The notes: a model not told the origin generated them from the letters alone. A stretch of 64,000 nucleotides of DNA from Ignavibacteriota bacterium (GCA_963790045.1 CAWBMS010000007.1:225705-289704); one strand, 5' to 3'; positions 47,671 through 58,577 are shown, numbered from the stretch's first letter. A program made the numbers and translations.

Positions 47671-50600
47671 TTATTTCAGATCGAGCACCGTTCGGATTTT
47701 TTGCAGCATGATCGGTATCTGGAATGGCTTGGGAATAAATTCTTTTATGCCGGCATTGAATAATTCTGTTTTCATTTCCGGCTCAAGGAATCCGCTGGTC
47801 ACGATAATTTTGGCATGGGCATGGATTAAATGCAGTTCTGCGACTAATTCTGCTCCCGACATTTCCGGCAAACCAATATCGGTGAGCACTAAAGCAATTT
47901 CTGCGGCATGTTCTTGATACAGGCGCAGCGCTTCTTTGCCATTCATAGCGGTGAGCACCTTATATCCGCCGAGTTCCATCGCCATTTTTCCAAGTTGCAA
48001 CAAGGCAGATTCGTCTTCGACGAACAAAATAGTTTCCGTTCCCCCGGGCATGTTTTGTTCCGGATTTTCTAATAAACTTTGTTCTTCATTAAATTCTTGT
48101 GAAACAGGAAAATAAAGTTTAAAGGTTGTTCCTTTTCCCAATTCACTTTCCACCTGAATAAATCCGTTATGTGCTTGCACGACACCGTACACCACGGCAA
48201 GTCCAAGGCCGGTGCCCTTTCCTTTTTCTTTCGTTGTAAAGAATGGTTCAAAAATTCTTGCTCGCGTTGCCTCATCCATGCCGCATCCCGTATCGCTTAC
48301 GGCAACACGAATAAAGGATTTATTTTTGGTTTCGTACGAATGATGGAGAATTTCTTCGCCAGAAACAAGACGTGTCGTTACCGTCAAATCACCTTTACCC
48401 TGCATGGCATCACGCGCATTGACACATAAATTGAGCAACGCTTGATTAAACTGTGTGTTATCCATACGAATGACCGGCAATTGCTTTTGCAGATCAAACG
48501 CCATACGAATAGTTTTCGGGAACGTTTCCCCGATCATCTTCGACAAATCGCCGAGAACAGAATTTACATACAATGGCTGCAAATCAATTTCTGATTTTCG
48601 TGCAAACGTTAAAATCTGTTGAACTAATCCAGCGCCGCGTTCGACCGATTTTTTAATAACTTCAATACATGCAATAAATTTTTGCGGATCGTCTTTTTGT
48701 TTTTGTAATAGATGAGTGTATCCGAGAATAATACTCAGAATATTATTAAAGTCGTGCGCAACGCCTCCCGCCAGCGTACCAAGACTTTCCATCTTTTGCG
48801 CTTGTTGTAACTCTCGGTTGAGCCGTTTCTTTTCTGTTATGTCTTCCTTCACCGCGAGAAAATGTGTAATATTTCCCGTGCTGTCTTTGATGGAAGAAAT
48901 GGTCGCTGATTCCCAAAACATTTCACCGTTTTTCTTCTTATTGTAAAACTCGCCCCTCCATTCGTTGCCGGCAACAATGGTTTCCCACAGATGCCGATAC
49001 TCTTCGTGAGAAGTGTATTTGGATTTTAAAATTCTGGGATTTTTTCCATGAACCTCTTCCCTTGTATATCCCGTGACCTCTTCGAATTTTGGATTGACAT
49101 ATTCGATATTGCCCTTTGAATTTGTAATGACAATCGAAACCGGGCTTTGTTCGATGGCACGGCTGATTTTACGCAACTCCTCGTTTATCACTTCGCGTTC
49201 GGCTAATTGCTGTTTGAGGTTTTCGAACAACTGAGCGTTACGAATTGCCATTGAAGCATGGTTGGCGAGCGTTACCAACAACTGCTCATCCAATTCCGTG
49301 AAGCCGTCAATTTTATCATCTTCTGCATTGATCACGCCGATAATTTTGTTGTTGACCAACAGCGGCACACACAATTCCGCTTTAACGGCTGGATCTTCTT
49401 CTCGGTATCGCGCATCAAGGGAAACATTGCCAACACGCACGGGTTGTTTATAGCGAACAGTCCATCCGATAATTCCCGTGCCGGATGATTGTGTTTGATG
49501 TAAATAATTTTGACTTTCTTTTGCTAATGTTTCTTCATTACTTCCAAGACGAGTGTGGGCAAACAATTCCAATTGGTGTTCATCTTCTCCGATCAACCAA
49601 ATGGAAGCACGTTTCCATCCGAGTTCATGTTCTAACACGTCGATGACTCGCTGTGCCGCATTTTGAACAGTGATCTTGGTGCTAAACGCCCTGCTTGCTT
49701 CATGCAAAACTGTCAATTCTCGAAGTCGTTGTTGGATTTTCTCTTCCGCCAACTTCCGGTCGGTAATATCTTCTACCGTTCCTTCGTAATATTGAATATT
49801 GCCACATTCATCGCGAACCACAGAACCATTTTCCCGCACGGACATCGTTGTTCCATCGGCACGCCGCCATAGAGATTCCATGCCCCAAATTCTCTTCTGT
49901 ATATTTAAGGTGTCTTCAAATTTACTTTGCGGATATTGTATTCTGAATCCATCACTTTCCTTGTTGTGCTTAGTCAGTTCTTCCAGCGAACTAAATCGTA
50001 ACATTGCAAGCAGTGCAGGATTGGCTAATAAAATCTCACCATCTGATGTGATGCGATACATACCGATCGGCGAGCGTTCAAACAAATCACGATATCGTTC
50101 TTCGCTTTCGCGCAATGCTTCTTCAGCACGTTTGCGCAATGCGGAGGCATATTTACGCTCGGTAATATCTCGACTTACGTCAATTACCCCCAAAACGGTT
50201 CCCCCGGAGTCTTTGAGAGGAAATCTGCTTGTCAAATGCCAGCGCTTTTCTCCCGTGTTGTGCTGCACAGCCAGCTCTTCTTTTTCTAACAATGCCTTTC
50301 CTGTTTGTATCACCTGCATTTCGTCGGCAAAGTATTGTTGAGCCAAGTCCGGTGCATGGAAATCAAAATCGCTTTTTCCTACAAGATCTTCTTGGTGGCT
50401 CTTCCCGATGAATTGGATATGCGCACGATTGTTTAGTACATATTTTCCATCAGTATCTTTAAAATTAATAAGATCCGGTAAATTATCGATCAAGGTGCGG
50501 AGAAGATTGCGTTCATTCTCCAGCACGATGCTTGCCTGCTGATGTCCCGTCAAATCACTAAATGTTGCTATAACACCGTCGGAATATTTTTTGCTGGCGA

Positions 50601-51255
50601 TACCGACAAGCCGCATGCGACCATCTTTACAACGGAGTTCAAGTTTTTCAACTATATTTTCTTGATGCGACGTGACAGTACTCTTGCTTAATGCTGTATA
50701 ATGGTTAAAACAAACTTTTCGTTTTTGGGTATCCGGCACTGATTTTTCAAACCACTGTTGAATTGTTGGAATATCCTCGATAGTATATCCAAACAATTCA
50801 ACAAAAGTTTGATTCACATATTTAATGTTGCCATGTTTATCAGTCCAAGAAATTCCTGCCGGAGAAGCATTTAAAATGTACTGAAGCATTTCATGATTTT
50901 GATGAAGTGACGGTTCTGCTTCCAATTTTTTCGGAAGAACATTCATTATTACCAACGATGCTTTTGTACCGTTCCATTCAACATCGACAACGCGCATTGT
51001 GCCAGATCGCTGTTGCTGCCCGGATGGCGGGAGCGGAATTGTCGTTACTTCATCGGCAACGATGGGGATGGTAAAAGGAGTTCCGAGAAGATCAGAAATT
51101 TTTAGTTGGAATATCTTTGCGGCAGTTCGGTTGGCATAGCACACCGTATTTTTGCCATCAACAATAAAGACGGCGTCTGCGCTATTGTCAAACAATGGTG
51201 AGACAACAGTCTTTTCCTTCGCGTTTTGTTTTGTTCGGGAAGAAGTTGATTTCAT
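47671..51255 (-). CDS. hybrid sensor histidine kinase (multiple PAS, GAF, HisKA, HATPase, C-terminal receiver)
   Basis: 1194 aa. H-box GGVAHDFNNIL, G-boxes DTGCGMD and GTGLGLAVV, and a receiver domain with LTDIGLPEMSG. Confidence 0.9.
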   Translation of the reverse strand: MKSTSSRTKQNAKEKTVVSPLFDNSADAVFIVDGKNTVCYANRTAAKIFQLKISDLLGTPFTIPIVADEVTTIPLPPSGQQQRSGTMRVVDVEWNGTKASLVIMNVLPKKLEAEPSLHQNHEMLQYILNASPAGISWTDKHGNIKYVNQTFVELFGYTIEDIPTIQQWFEKSVPDTQKRKVCFNHYTALSKSTVTSHQENIVEKLELRCKDGRMRLVGIASKKYSDGVIATFSDLTGHQQASIVLENERNLLRTLIDNLPDLINFKDTDGKYVLNNRAHIQFIGKSHQEDLVGKSDFDFHAPDLAQQYFADEMQVIQTGKALLEKEELAVQHNTGEKRWHLTSRFPLKDSGGTVLGVIDVSRDITERKYASALRKRAEEALRESEERYRDLFERSPIGMYRITSDGEILLANPALLAMLRFSSLEELTKHNKESDGFRIQYPQSKFEDTLNIQKRIWGMESLWRRADGTTMSVRENGSVVRDECGNIQYYEGTVEDITDRKLAEEKIQQRLRELTVLHEASRAFSTKITVQNAAQRVIDVLEHELGWKRASIWLIGEDEHQLELFAHTRLGSNEETLAKESQNYLHQTQSSGTGIIGWTVRYKQPVRVGNVSLDARYREEDPAVKAELCVPLLVNNKIIGVINAEDDKIDGFTELDEQLLVTLANHASMAIRNAQLFENLKQQLAEREVINEELRKISRAIEQSPVSIVITNSKGNIEYVNPKFEEVTGYTREEVHGKNPRILKSKYTSHEEYRHLWETIVAGNEWRGEFYNKKKNGEMFWESATISSIKDSTGNITHFLAVKEDITEKKRLNRELQQAQKMESLGTLAGGVAHDFNNILSIILGYTHLLQKQKDDPQKFIACIEVIKKSVERGAGLVQQILTFARKSEIDLQPLYVNSVLGDLSKMIGETFPKTIRMAFDLQKQLPVIRMDNTQFNQALLNLCVNARDAMQGKGDLTVTTRLVSGEEILHHSYETKNKSFIRVAVSDTGCGMDEATRARIFEPFFTTKEKGKGTGLGLAVVYGVVQAHNGFIQVESELGKGTTFKLYFPVSQEFNEEQSLLENPEQNMPGGTETILFVEDESALLQLGKMAMELGGYKVLTAMNGKEALRLYQEHAAEIALVLTDIGLPEMSGAELVAELHLIHAHAKIIVTSGFLEPEMKTELFNAGIKEFIPKPFQIPIMLQKIRTVLDLK

Positions 51256-51680
51256 GAAGACCTCAATAACAATATTTTCCCCAAAGCATCGCTAAGATTA
51301 TGAAAGAACAAACGTCGGTTGATTTTTTTTGATATGTTTGAATAAAAGATTTGCAATGAATATACAGCGCAACGCTATTAGTTGCCCACAGGTGAAAATA
51401 CATGCACAAACGTAAGATAAGTAGTGTAATGCCATGGATAATCTAAAAAATTGTAATCACAACGGACATATTACAGTTGCCTCCCCCTATGCCATGTAAT
51501 ACTGAAGAGTAAATACTTGGTATGGCAATCTATTTCTTTTCTCGTTGAGTTGCAATAAAAAAATCTGTCTTATTAAAGATAGGAATACATCTTTTGTGCG
51601 ATTGCAAAACTATTTTTTGAGCGACGAAAAATATTTGTGGTGAGTCAAAAGAAATTTTGTAATTAAAATATGAAATGCTG

Positions 51681-53054
51681 CTACCCATGTTGAAACTGCA
51701 CTGCTGCATGCTGTCCGCTCATGACGGCACCTTCAATGGTCGCAGGATATCCGGTTGCCGTCCAATCGCCGGCAAGATAGAAATTGGAAAACGCAGTTTG
51801 CGTTTGCGGACGAAATGATTCAAGCCCGGGCGCCGGTATAAATGTGGCGCGCTTTTCTTTGATCACAAGCGAATGAACGACGGTTGCGGCAGATGCCCGC
51901 GGTAAAACTTGGCATACATCTTCCCAGGCAACGCGCACCAATTCTTCTTTGCTTTGTTCGGTAAACTCTCGCGCTCCGCTGATGACTAACGATAATTGCT
52001 GCTTGCTTCCAAGAATATTTTTTTTCTGTTCTGATTGAATAACAAGAACTGTTCTATTAAAGATCCATTGCACACGTGTATCGATAGATGCAACAAACGG
52101 TTCTGCCATCACTTCACGATCGAGCCAAATATGAATTGCAATGATCGGCGATGGTCGAAAGCGATTCCAGTCAAACGGTTGTTCTGTTTTCAAGATGGAA
52201 GACGCATCAATATTACTCGTCTCTAAAAGTTGTTTCAAACTGAACCACGGAAGAGCACTGATGAAAACGATTGCTTGATGTTTTATGCCGTCCTTTGTTT
52301 GAACATAATCTATCCGGTTCGATGTGTGATGAAGTTGCGTTACTTCCGCACCCGTTTGCACATTGCCGCCATATTGCCGAATAAAGTTAACAGCCGGTTT
52401 GATAAGCGCTGCATGTAAATCTGTGCGGGGAAGAAGCAAGCTTGTGTTTTCTCGCTTTCCAAGAAACGAAGCGCGCAATACACGGCACAGCATCAACGCA
52501 GAAACATGCTGTGGGGCATTGTTCAGCGCGCCGACGGTGATTACATCCCACAAATATTTTCTACTCAGCGCCGATTGATGATGTTGCTGTAACCATACAT
52601 CTGCGGTCAATGTATCAAGATGTTTTTCTCTTGTGTTCGTAGAGAAAACAAGATCAAATGTCACATTCAACATTTTCAATCGTTCCCCCAAAGGAATAGC
52701 AGAAAAACGCATTAAGCCCAATAATAGATGCAAGGGCGCAGGAAATTGTGGGCAAGCCAAAATCTTTTTCCCATGTTCCGGATGAAGAAATGGAATCTGC
52801 AATGATGGCTGTAATTCAAACAACGATTCTGCACCGATAAGACCAAGATAACGCCGCGTTGCTGAGTAACATCCCATCAGCAAATGCTGACCGTTATCGA
52901 CAATGTCATGAGAAGCAGCGTCAACAAATGAATGCGTGCGCCCACCACAGTATCCGTGCTGTTCCAACACGAGCGGTTTCAAACCGGCAGCAGCAAGTTC
53001 CACTGCCGCACTCAAGCCGCTTAATCCGCCGCCAAGAATAATGACATCGGGCAT
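51681..53054 (-). CDS. FAD-dependent oxidoreductase, phytoene-desaturase / HpnE-like
   Basis: VIILGGGLSGLSAAVELA...GGR and DNGQHLLMGCY resemble squalene-associated desaturases. Start at ATG 53054. No hpnC/hpnD genes nearby. Confidence 0.65.
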   Translation of the reverse strand: MPDVIILGGGLSGLSAAVELAAAGLKPLVLEQHGYCGGRTHSFVDAASHDIVDNGQHLLMGCYSATRRYLGLIGAESLFELQPSLQIPFLHPEHGKKILACPQFPAPLHLLLGLMRFSAIPLGERLKMLNVTFDLVFSTNTREKHLDTLTADVWLQQHHQSALSRKYLWDVITVGALNNAPQHVSALMLCRVLRASFLGKRENTSLLLPRTDLHAALIKPAVNFIRQYGGNVQTGAEVTQLHHTSNRIDYVQTKDGIKHQAIVFISALPWFSLKQLLETSNIDASSILKTEQPFDWNRFRPSPIIAIHIWLDREVMAEPFVASIDTRVQWIFNRTVLVIQSEQKKNILGSKQQLSLVISGAREFTEQSKEELVRVAWEDVCQVLPRASAATVVHSLVIKEKRATFIPAPGLESFRPQTQTAFSNFYLAGDWTATGYPATIEGAVMSGQHAAVQFQHG

Positions 53055-53206
53055 GTATTCGCTCCTTTCTGCATAAGAATAGGAAAATATTGCAGAAAAA
53101 TCCTTTTTTTGTAAAACAAACAGTTCAATGTTCTTGACTTTCAAGATAAAATTGATACTTTAAGTTAAATTCTTTTTGTCTCTCTAATACGTGCGGCTTA
53201 TTACAA

Positions 53207-56056
53207 GTGGAAAAACTTTTACAACAGCTCGCCGGAGCATTACAAGAAGAGCTTGAGCAACTCAAATTATTACGGAGCGAAATAACACTCTTCAGCGGTG
53301 AACGCATTGCTACGTTCGCAGGTTACACGTATTACCGTTTTGAACTTCCCGAAGATATTTTTATTCGCACGATTGAGCACGTGACGCTTACTATCGGGAA
53401 AAAACCGGAAGTTACACTCCCCGGGAATGTCATCACAGTCGAAAATCAATTTCTCACCGTTGCGTTATCAAAAGATTTCGGTGCTTCGTTACCGGAGGCA
53501 ATCTGTCGTTGGAATATGGATCACGAGTTGTTGCCCATATTAGAATTGTTGCGCCAGACGCGGGAACAAACCGTTGTATCGCAAGTGCTCTTTGCTCCAT
53601 CCGACCATCGCAACATTCATCGTGTGCCGATTGGCGCAAAAGGATTCGATACTACTCCGCCGGATCAATTAGAAGCTGTTAAGAAGATTTTTAAAAATCA
53701 TGTAACGATGTTGTGGGGACCCATCCGTTCCGGAAAATCTCATGTGCTTTGTCTTGCCGCGGCAAATTACATCAACGCCGGACGCCGCGTGCTGTTCGTT
53801 GCACCGTCGAACGATCATGTGGATTATGTGTTACTCAAAACGGCAAACTTTTGCGAGCGATTCGGGTTGGATATGCACAAATCGATTGCGCGGTTCGATC
53901 TTCCATCTGTTGGCAATCTTCAACAGATCGATCCGTATTCGTTAGAACGAACGATCGAATCACTTAAAGCGAAGAAGCGTGAAGTATTTCAAGAACGCGT
54001 CGGATTGCTGGATTTGTATTGGCATGTAACGATTGCCCAAATATTGAATGAAGAATTTTACGAAAAAATTCAGGAGAAACGCGATCATCTTGCAGATTTA
54101 CGGAAACAAATTGAAAATACCTCAAATGAAACTTCATCGATTACTCATGCTGCTGCTGAATTAGAATCAAGTTCCTTAATGGAACGATTGAAAATGGGAA
54201 AATCGAAAGAAGATGCGATTGAATTGCGTCATCAACTTTCAACAAAGCAAGTGCTCTATAAACGGCTGCTGTCGATTCAGCAAGGCATCAGCAACGACAT
54301 TACCAACCTTGAGTTAGATGCACCGGTAAAAGCTAGGAAGATGATGGAATTCAAAGAAGCCATGAGGCGTATTGATGACTTAGGTGGGTTAGACGCTGTG
54401 ACAAAATCTGTAGAGGAGTTCACAGCTGTTGATGAACACACGTTGTTTCGATCAAAACTGTTTGTAGCAACCAGCGTAGCAACCGCCTGTACCGATCCGG
54501 CAATACGCAACCAGCAATTCGATATGGTCATTGTCGATGAAGCTCAGCGTATCAACCTGCCGACGCTTGCGGCGCTTTCGATGTTTGCCAAAGATAAATT
54601 TGTCGTGGCGGGAGATCCGTTTGAAGTTGAACCGGATTCTGAAACCAGCGATGAACAAGCGCAATTATGGCTTCAGCGCGATATTTTTACTTTTGTCGCG
54701 AAGACGAACGAACTTACACGGTTGTTTGACTGGTCGCAAAATTATCCGCAATGGTCGATTCACATGCGGTCGCAGTTTGCAACGGCTAAAAAATTGTCGG
54801 CGTTTATGTCTTCTATTTTATTCGATAACAAAATCAATATTTCTGTACCGCAAGGAACTCAAAGCGCTATTTATTTTATTGATACCAGCGATCTCTATTC
54901 ACACTGCAAACAATATGCAGGCAAGAAGAAACTCCTTCCCTACAATGAACTCCACGCGCGGAAATCAGTCGAGTGTGTGAAACATGCACTCTTGCAACAG
55001 CAACGCTCCGCTGCCGATGTCGGGATCATTGTCCCATTTGCAAGTCAATCGGTTTTCACGAAATCACAACTGCGCTTGCATGGAATCAATAATGTAGAAG
55101 TCGGCACGCCGCAAAGTTTCTGCAACCGGCGCAAAGAGGCGATCATCTTCGATACAACCATGGCGGGCGTGGATTATACCGTCCGGCAAATCGATGATAA
55201 AAAAATTGGCGAGCACCGTATCGCCCGATTGTTCAACACCGTTCTTTCGTGTGCGGGAAAAGATTTATACGTGATTGCGGATATGGCGCATCTCAAAGCA
55301 CTCTACAATGACCGGCTGTTCACGCGGCTGCTGTTGTTGCTGCAAGCAGAAGCCGACATTCAACAACCGGTTTTTCAAGAAGCGATAAAGCGTTTCGACG
55401 ATCTCGATGTACAAACGAAAGCTGCATTGTTATCCGGCAATGCAAAGCCCTCTCTAAAAATAAATCATCGTACGACAAACAACATTGGTGATGCGGAATT
55501 AGAGATTAAATTGCGAATGATGGCGAAGCAGCAAACGGCACAACCTATAACCTCCAATAAAAATATTGAGCGCGAAATTTCTGCCGCAGTACAGCGAGCA
55601 CTCGGATGGCGCACCGATGTGAATCTTGTTTCAGAGTTTATCGGCGGAGATATTTTATTCCGTCATACGCTTGCCACGGAAGATGCGCTGCGTCGTTTGC
55701 CGACCGAGGGATGCGAAGGCGAAAAAGATTTTCATACGCTGATGGAGCGCTGGAATTTGTTGATTTACGAAACATCTGGCGGCGATAAAACCGATCTTTC
55801 TTATTTTGCTCATAAAGGGCCGGAGACACGTGTACGTCAGGATGTTAAAAATCTGAAAACGTATTACTCCTCCGAAGTTGAAGCGGCGATAGAAGACGGC
55901 AAACATAAAATTGCCGTTGAAATTGCCCGTGTGTTTCATGATCTTCTTGGGAAAAGCCAGCCCGGCACTCCCGCAGAATGGACAACAGCGTATTTAAATT
56001 TTCTCGGCCGTGTAGAAGCGTATTTTAATTGGATTTCAGAACAAGTGCGACGATGA
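53207..56056 (+). CDS. divergent SF1B (Upf1/DNA2-like, AAA_11/AAA_12-type) helicase-like protein
   Basis: 949 aa, GTG start. Walker A GPIRSGKS (aa 171-178), Walker B VIVDEAQ (aa 441-447) and VVAGDPFEVEP. Degenerate motifs V and VI (VEVGTPQSFCNRRKEAIIFD; RLFNTVLSCAGKDLYVIAD). A coiled-coil insert of about 150 aa and a C-terminal extension of about 250 aa. Confidence 0.7.
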   Translation: MEKLLQQLAGALQEELEQLKLLRSEITLFSGERIATFAGYTYYRFELPEDIFIRTIEHVTLTIGKKPEVTLPGNVITVENQFLTVALSKDFGASLPEAICRWNMDHELLPILELLRQTREQTVVSQVLFAPSDHRNIHRVPIGAKGFDTTPPDQLEAVKKIFKNHVTMLWGPIRSGKSHVLCLAAANYINAGRRVLFVAPSNDHVDYVLLKTANFCERFGLDMHKSIARFDLPSVGNLQQIDPYSLERTIESLKAKKREVFQERVGLLDLYWHVTIAQILNEEFYEKIQEKRDHLADLRKQIENTSNETSSITHAAAELESSSLMERLKMGKSKEDAIELRHQLSTKQVLYKRLLSIQQGISNDITNLELDAPVKARKMMEFKEAMRRIDDLGGLDAVTKSVEEFTAVDEHTLFRSKLFVATSVATACTDPAIRNQQFDMVIVDEAQRINLPTLAALSMFAKDKFVVAGDPFEVEPDSETSDEQAQLWLQRDIFTFVAKTNELTRLFDWSQNYPQWSIHMRSQFATAKKLSAFMSSILFDNKINISVPQGTQSAIYFIDTSDLYSHCKQYAGKKKLLPYNELHARKSVECVKHALLQQQRSAADVGIIVPFASQSVFTKSQLRLHGINNVEVGTPQSFCNRRKEAIIFDTTMAGVDYTVRQIDDKKIGEHRIARLFNTVLSCAGKDLYVIADMAHLKALYNDRLFTRLLLLLQAEADIQQPVFQEAIKRFDDLDVQTKAALLSGNAKPSLKINHRTTNNIGDAELEIKLRMMAKQQTAQPITSNKNIEREISAAVQRALGWRTDVNLVSEFIGGDILFRHTLATEDALRRLPTEGCEGEKDFHTLMERWNLLIYETSGGDKTDLSYFAHKGPETRVRQDVKNLKTYYSSEVEAAIEDGKHKIAVEIARVFHDLLGKSQPGTPAEWTTAYLNFLGRVEAYFNWISEQVRR

Positions 56057-56202
56057 ACATTCGATACAAGACAATGCATGTTTCAGTTTTGATAGTAAAT
56101 CTAAAATAAATACCATTTGACTCTTTCGATATTTCCTGCTAACGTCTTCAGGTATTGAGAGAATGTTTTTTAAGACTTGCAACAGATTCGGTGAAAGGAT
56201 TC

Positions 56203-57237
56203 GCAATGAAAAAACAATTTGTGCTGCTTGTCATCGTTGCATCGTTAGTGTTTGCCCAGCAATCTGAAAATGAACGGTTCATCCGCGTTATTAACCGCAT
56301 GATCGACGCATTGAATAAGCAACAGTATGCCGTCATCGTGAATGATTTCAACAAAGACATGCAGGCAGCGCTACCCCTTGATAAAACAACGATTTTTTTT
56401 CAAAACCTTCAAGGCCAATACGGCAAAGTGCTTCGTGCCGACGCACCGCAACGGGTTACCGCAACTGAGATGACGGTGATATTATATTTTGAACGCGGAA
56501 TGCAAAACCTTGATCTCTATCTTGATAATCAGGATAAGATTGCCGGGTTTGTGGTTACGACCTACACGCCGCCGGAAAAACCGCAACCGCAAGTCGCGAC
56601 ACCTGAAACAAATACTGCACCCACCCCCATCCCGTCAGTGCCCGATAAACAATTAACGGAATTATTATTTCCTTTTAATGGAACATGGATTGTGACCGGG
56701 GGCGGTGAAGAAAAAGAAGGCGCAGCACGAAATGGTATTTTGGCGCAGCGATATGCATACGAATTTTCTGCATTGTTAGAAACCGGCAGCCGGTACAAAA
56801 ACAAGGGCGATGCAAAAGAGGACTACGCTTCGTTCGGTAAAGATGTTCTTGCCCCCGCTGATGGAATTGTTGTGGATGCAATTGACGGCATTCCAGATAA
56901 CGAACCGGGGAAGCGGAATCCGTATGCGCTGATTGGCAATGCTATTTTTCTTCAACATTCCAGCGGAGAAGTTTCCGTGCTTGCGTATCTAAGACAAGGA
57001 AGCGTAAAAGTAAAAATTGGTGATAAAGTTACGCGAGGGCAAGTGATTGCTCAATGCGGCAGTTCCGGTGCAGCGACCGAACCATCGCTGCACTTTCACT
57101 TACAGAGTACGCCGTCATTGCTCACGGCAAAACAAGTAAAATTTTATTTCGAGCGGGCAACTCTTTTAGTCGATACCAAGAGAACCATGAAAACTCTTTA
57201 TTTGCCAGCGATGGGCGATGCCATTATTGCCGAATAA
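56203..57237 (+). CDS. secreted M23-family metallopeptidase with an N-terminal accessory domain
   Basis: Signal peptide MKKQFVLLVIVASLVFA. C-terminal GQVIAQCGSSGAATEPSLHFHLQ, the LytM/M23 signature. Confidence 0.8.
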   Translation, partial: AMKKQFVLLVIVASLVFAQQSENERFIRVINRMIDALNKQQYAVIVNDFNKDMQAALPLDKTTIFFQNLQGQYGKVLRADAPQRVTATEMTVILYFERGMQNLDLYLDNQDKIAGFVVTTYTPPEKPQPQVATPETNTAPTPIPSVPDKQLTELLFPFNGTWIVTGGGEEKEGAARNGILAQRYAYEFSALLETGSRYKNKGDAKEDYASFGKDVLAPADGIVVDAIDGIPDNEPGKRNPYALIGNAIFLQHSSGEVSVLAYLRQGSVKVKIGDKVTRGQVIAQCGSSGAATEPSLHFHLQSTPSLLTAKQVKFYFERATLLVDTKRTMKTLYLPAMGDAIIAE

Positions 57238-57273
57238 AGCTAACGTTGAAAAAATATACTATAGTAAAATAAG

Positions 57274-57792
57274 CTATGGTTTGCGTCGGTACCGGATATG
57301 ATGATGTGGTTGTGATACCGACGGAAGTTCATCTTTCTTTAATACGCTGATTGATCCATCGACCTCAAGCACGGCAAGCCCGACATCTTCAATCAACGCT
57401 ATGCCATGTTCTCGCAACGCCTGTTGAAGTTCATTGACAACAATGCGCTCCTTCTCCAAATTTTTTTGAATGATAACACCCGATTTGATAAGAATTGTCG
57501 GGGATCCCTCGACAACCTTGCGCATCTTTTTAGAACGAGCGGTGAAGCGGGAAATAAGTGTGTTCATCATTAACAATGTCAGCACAGAAGCCAATCCTCC
57601 CGTCACCGAAGTATCCGGTCCGGTCATGGCGTTTTGTACAGCATTGGCGATTAAAAGTAATAACACTAAATCAAACGGCGTCATTTGTCCGACTTCGCGT
57701 TTGCCTGTGAGACGAAGGCCGATGAGTACGACGATATAAATGATAAACGTTCGGCAAGCGATTTCGAGAAGAGATGAACTAAATTGTATCAT
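57274..57792 (-). CDS. DUF421 (YetF-like) membrane protein
   Basis: LRLTGKREVGQMTPFDLVLLLLIANAVQNA is the family signature. Confidence 0.75.
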   Translation of the reverse strand: MIQFSSSLLEIACRTFIIYIVVLIGLRLTGKREVGQMTPFDLVLLLLIANAVQNAMTGPDTSVTGGLASVLTLLMMNTLISRFTARSKKMRKVVEGSPTILIKSGVIIQKNLEKERIVVNELQQALREHGIALIEDVGLAVLEVDGSISVLKKDELPSVSQPHHHIRYRRKP

Positions 57793-57797
57793 AAGAT

Positions 57798-58577
57798 TCA
57801 ACGATAAAACGCTGCTTGCGCTGTCACGATCGTTCCTAAATCTGTTTCGACACAATGCGTGTTAAGCATCTTCACCTGCGGATGATTCGAATGCCATAAC
57901 CGCACTTCTGCAGGTTGATCAGCAAGAGTTTCTTCTTGGAATCCTGCCGCCTTACACACCGATTCTTCTTGTGGCAAATTCCCGCCAAGAATCATGAATT
58001 GTTTTTGGTCGTTGCCGTTCAGCGATGAAAGTAATGCTATGCATTTTTTTCGATCTTCCAAGGTCGCTTTATTCGGAAGCGTGGCGCTTATCATCATTAC
58101 GGAGCGTGCTCCAGCATCGATTATAGCCCACACGGCAGATTCAAACATTACGGATTTAATTCCGTCGAACGATTGTGTATGATGGGAAAGAAGCGGATAG
58201 AAACTGAACACAGCATTGCCGGTTTGTTTGCCATTTACATTCGTCATTTCACCGAATACATTACTCCAATCGGTTTGCTTAGAAAGTTCTGTCACAAAAT
58301 CTATACGCGTTGTAAGTCCGGGATAACGTATAATGTGCTGCACTGCCAAAACTTCTATTTGTTCCTTCTTTAAAGTTTTTGCCAAACGAACAATATCTTT
58401 GCGTTCAATCCGTTTATTCACCGATGCCAGATTCAACGTTGCAACTTGAAGCGACATTTCCGGCTTGAGCGGCACTGCTGATTGAATTTCAGATTTTGGC
58501 GGCGTTGTTGAGGGACAGCCGTAAAACAACATGAGAAGCGCACAAGAAAAAAGCAATAGAAGCGATGTTGATTTCAT
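57798..58577 (-). CDS. lipoprotein, endonuclease/exonuclease/phosphatase (EEP)-like
   Basis: Lipobox LFYGC. VATLNLAS...IEVLAVQHI resembles the first two EEP motifs, with His where the catalytic Glu is usual. The assignment is tentative. Confidence 0.45.
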   Translation of the reverse strand: MKSTSLLLLFSCALLMLFYGCPSTTPPKSEIQSAVPLKPEMSLQVATLNLASVNKRIERKDIVRLAKTLKKEQIEVLAVQHIIRYPGLTTRIDFVTELSKQTDWSNVFGEMTNVNGKQTGNAVFSFYPLLSHHTQSFDGIKSVMFESAVWAIIDAGARSVMMISATLPNKATLEDRKKCIALLSSLNGNDQKQFMILGGNLPQEESVCKAAGFQEETLADQPAEVRLWHSNHPQVKMLNTHCVETDLGTIVTAQAAFYR

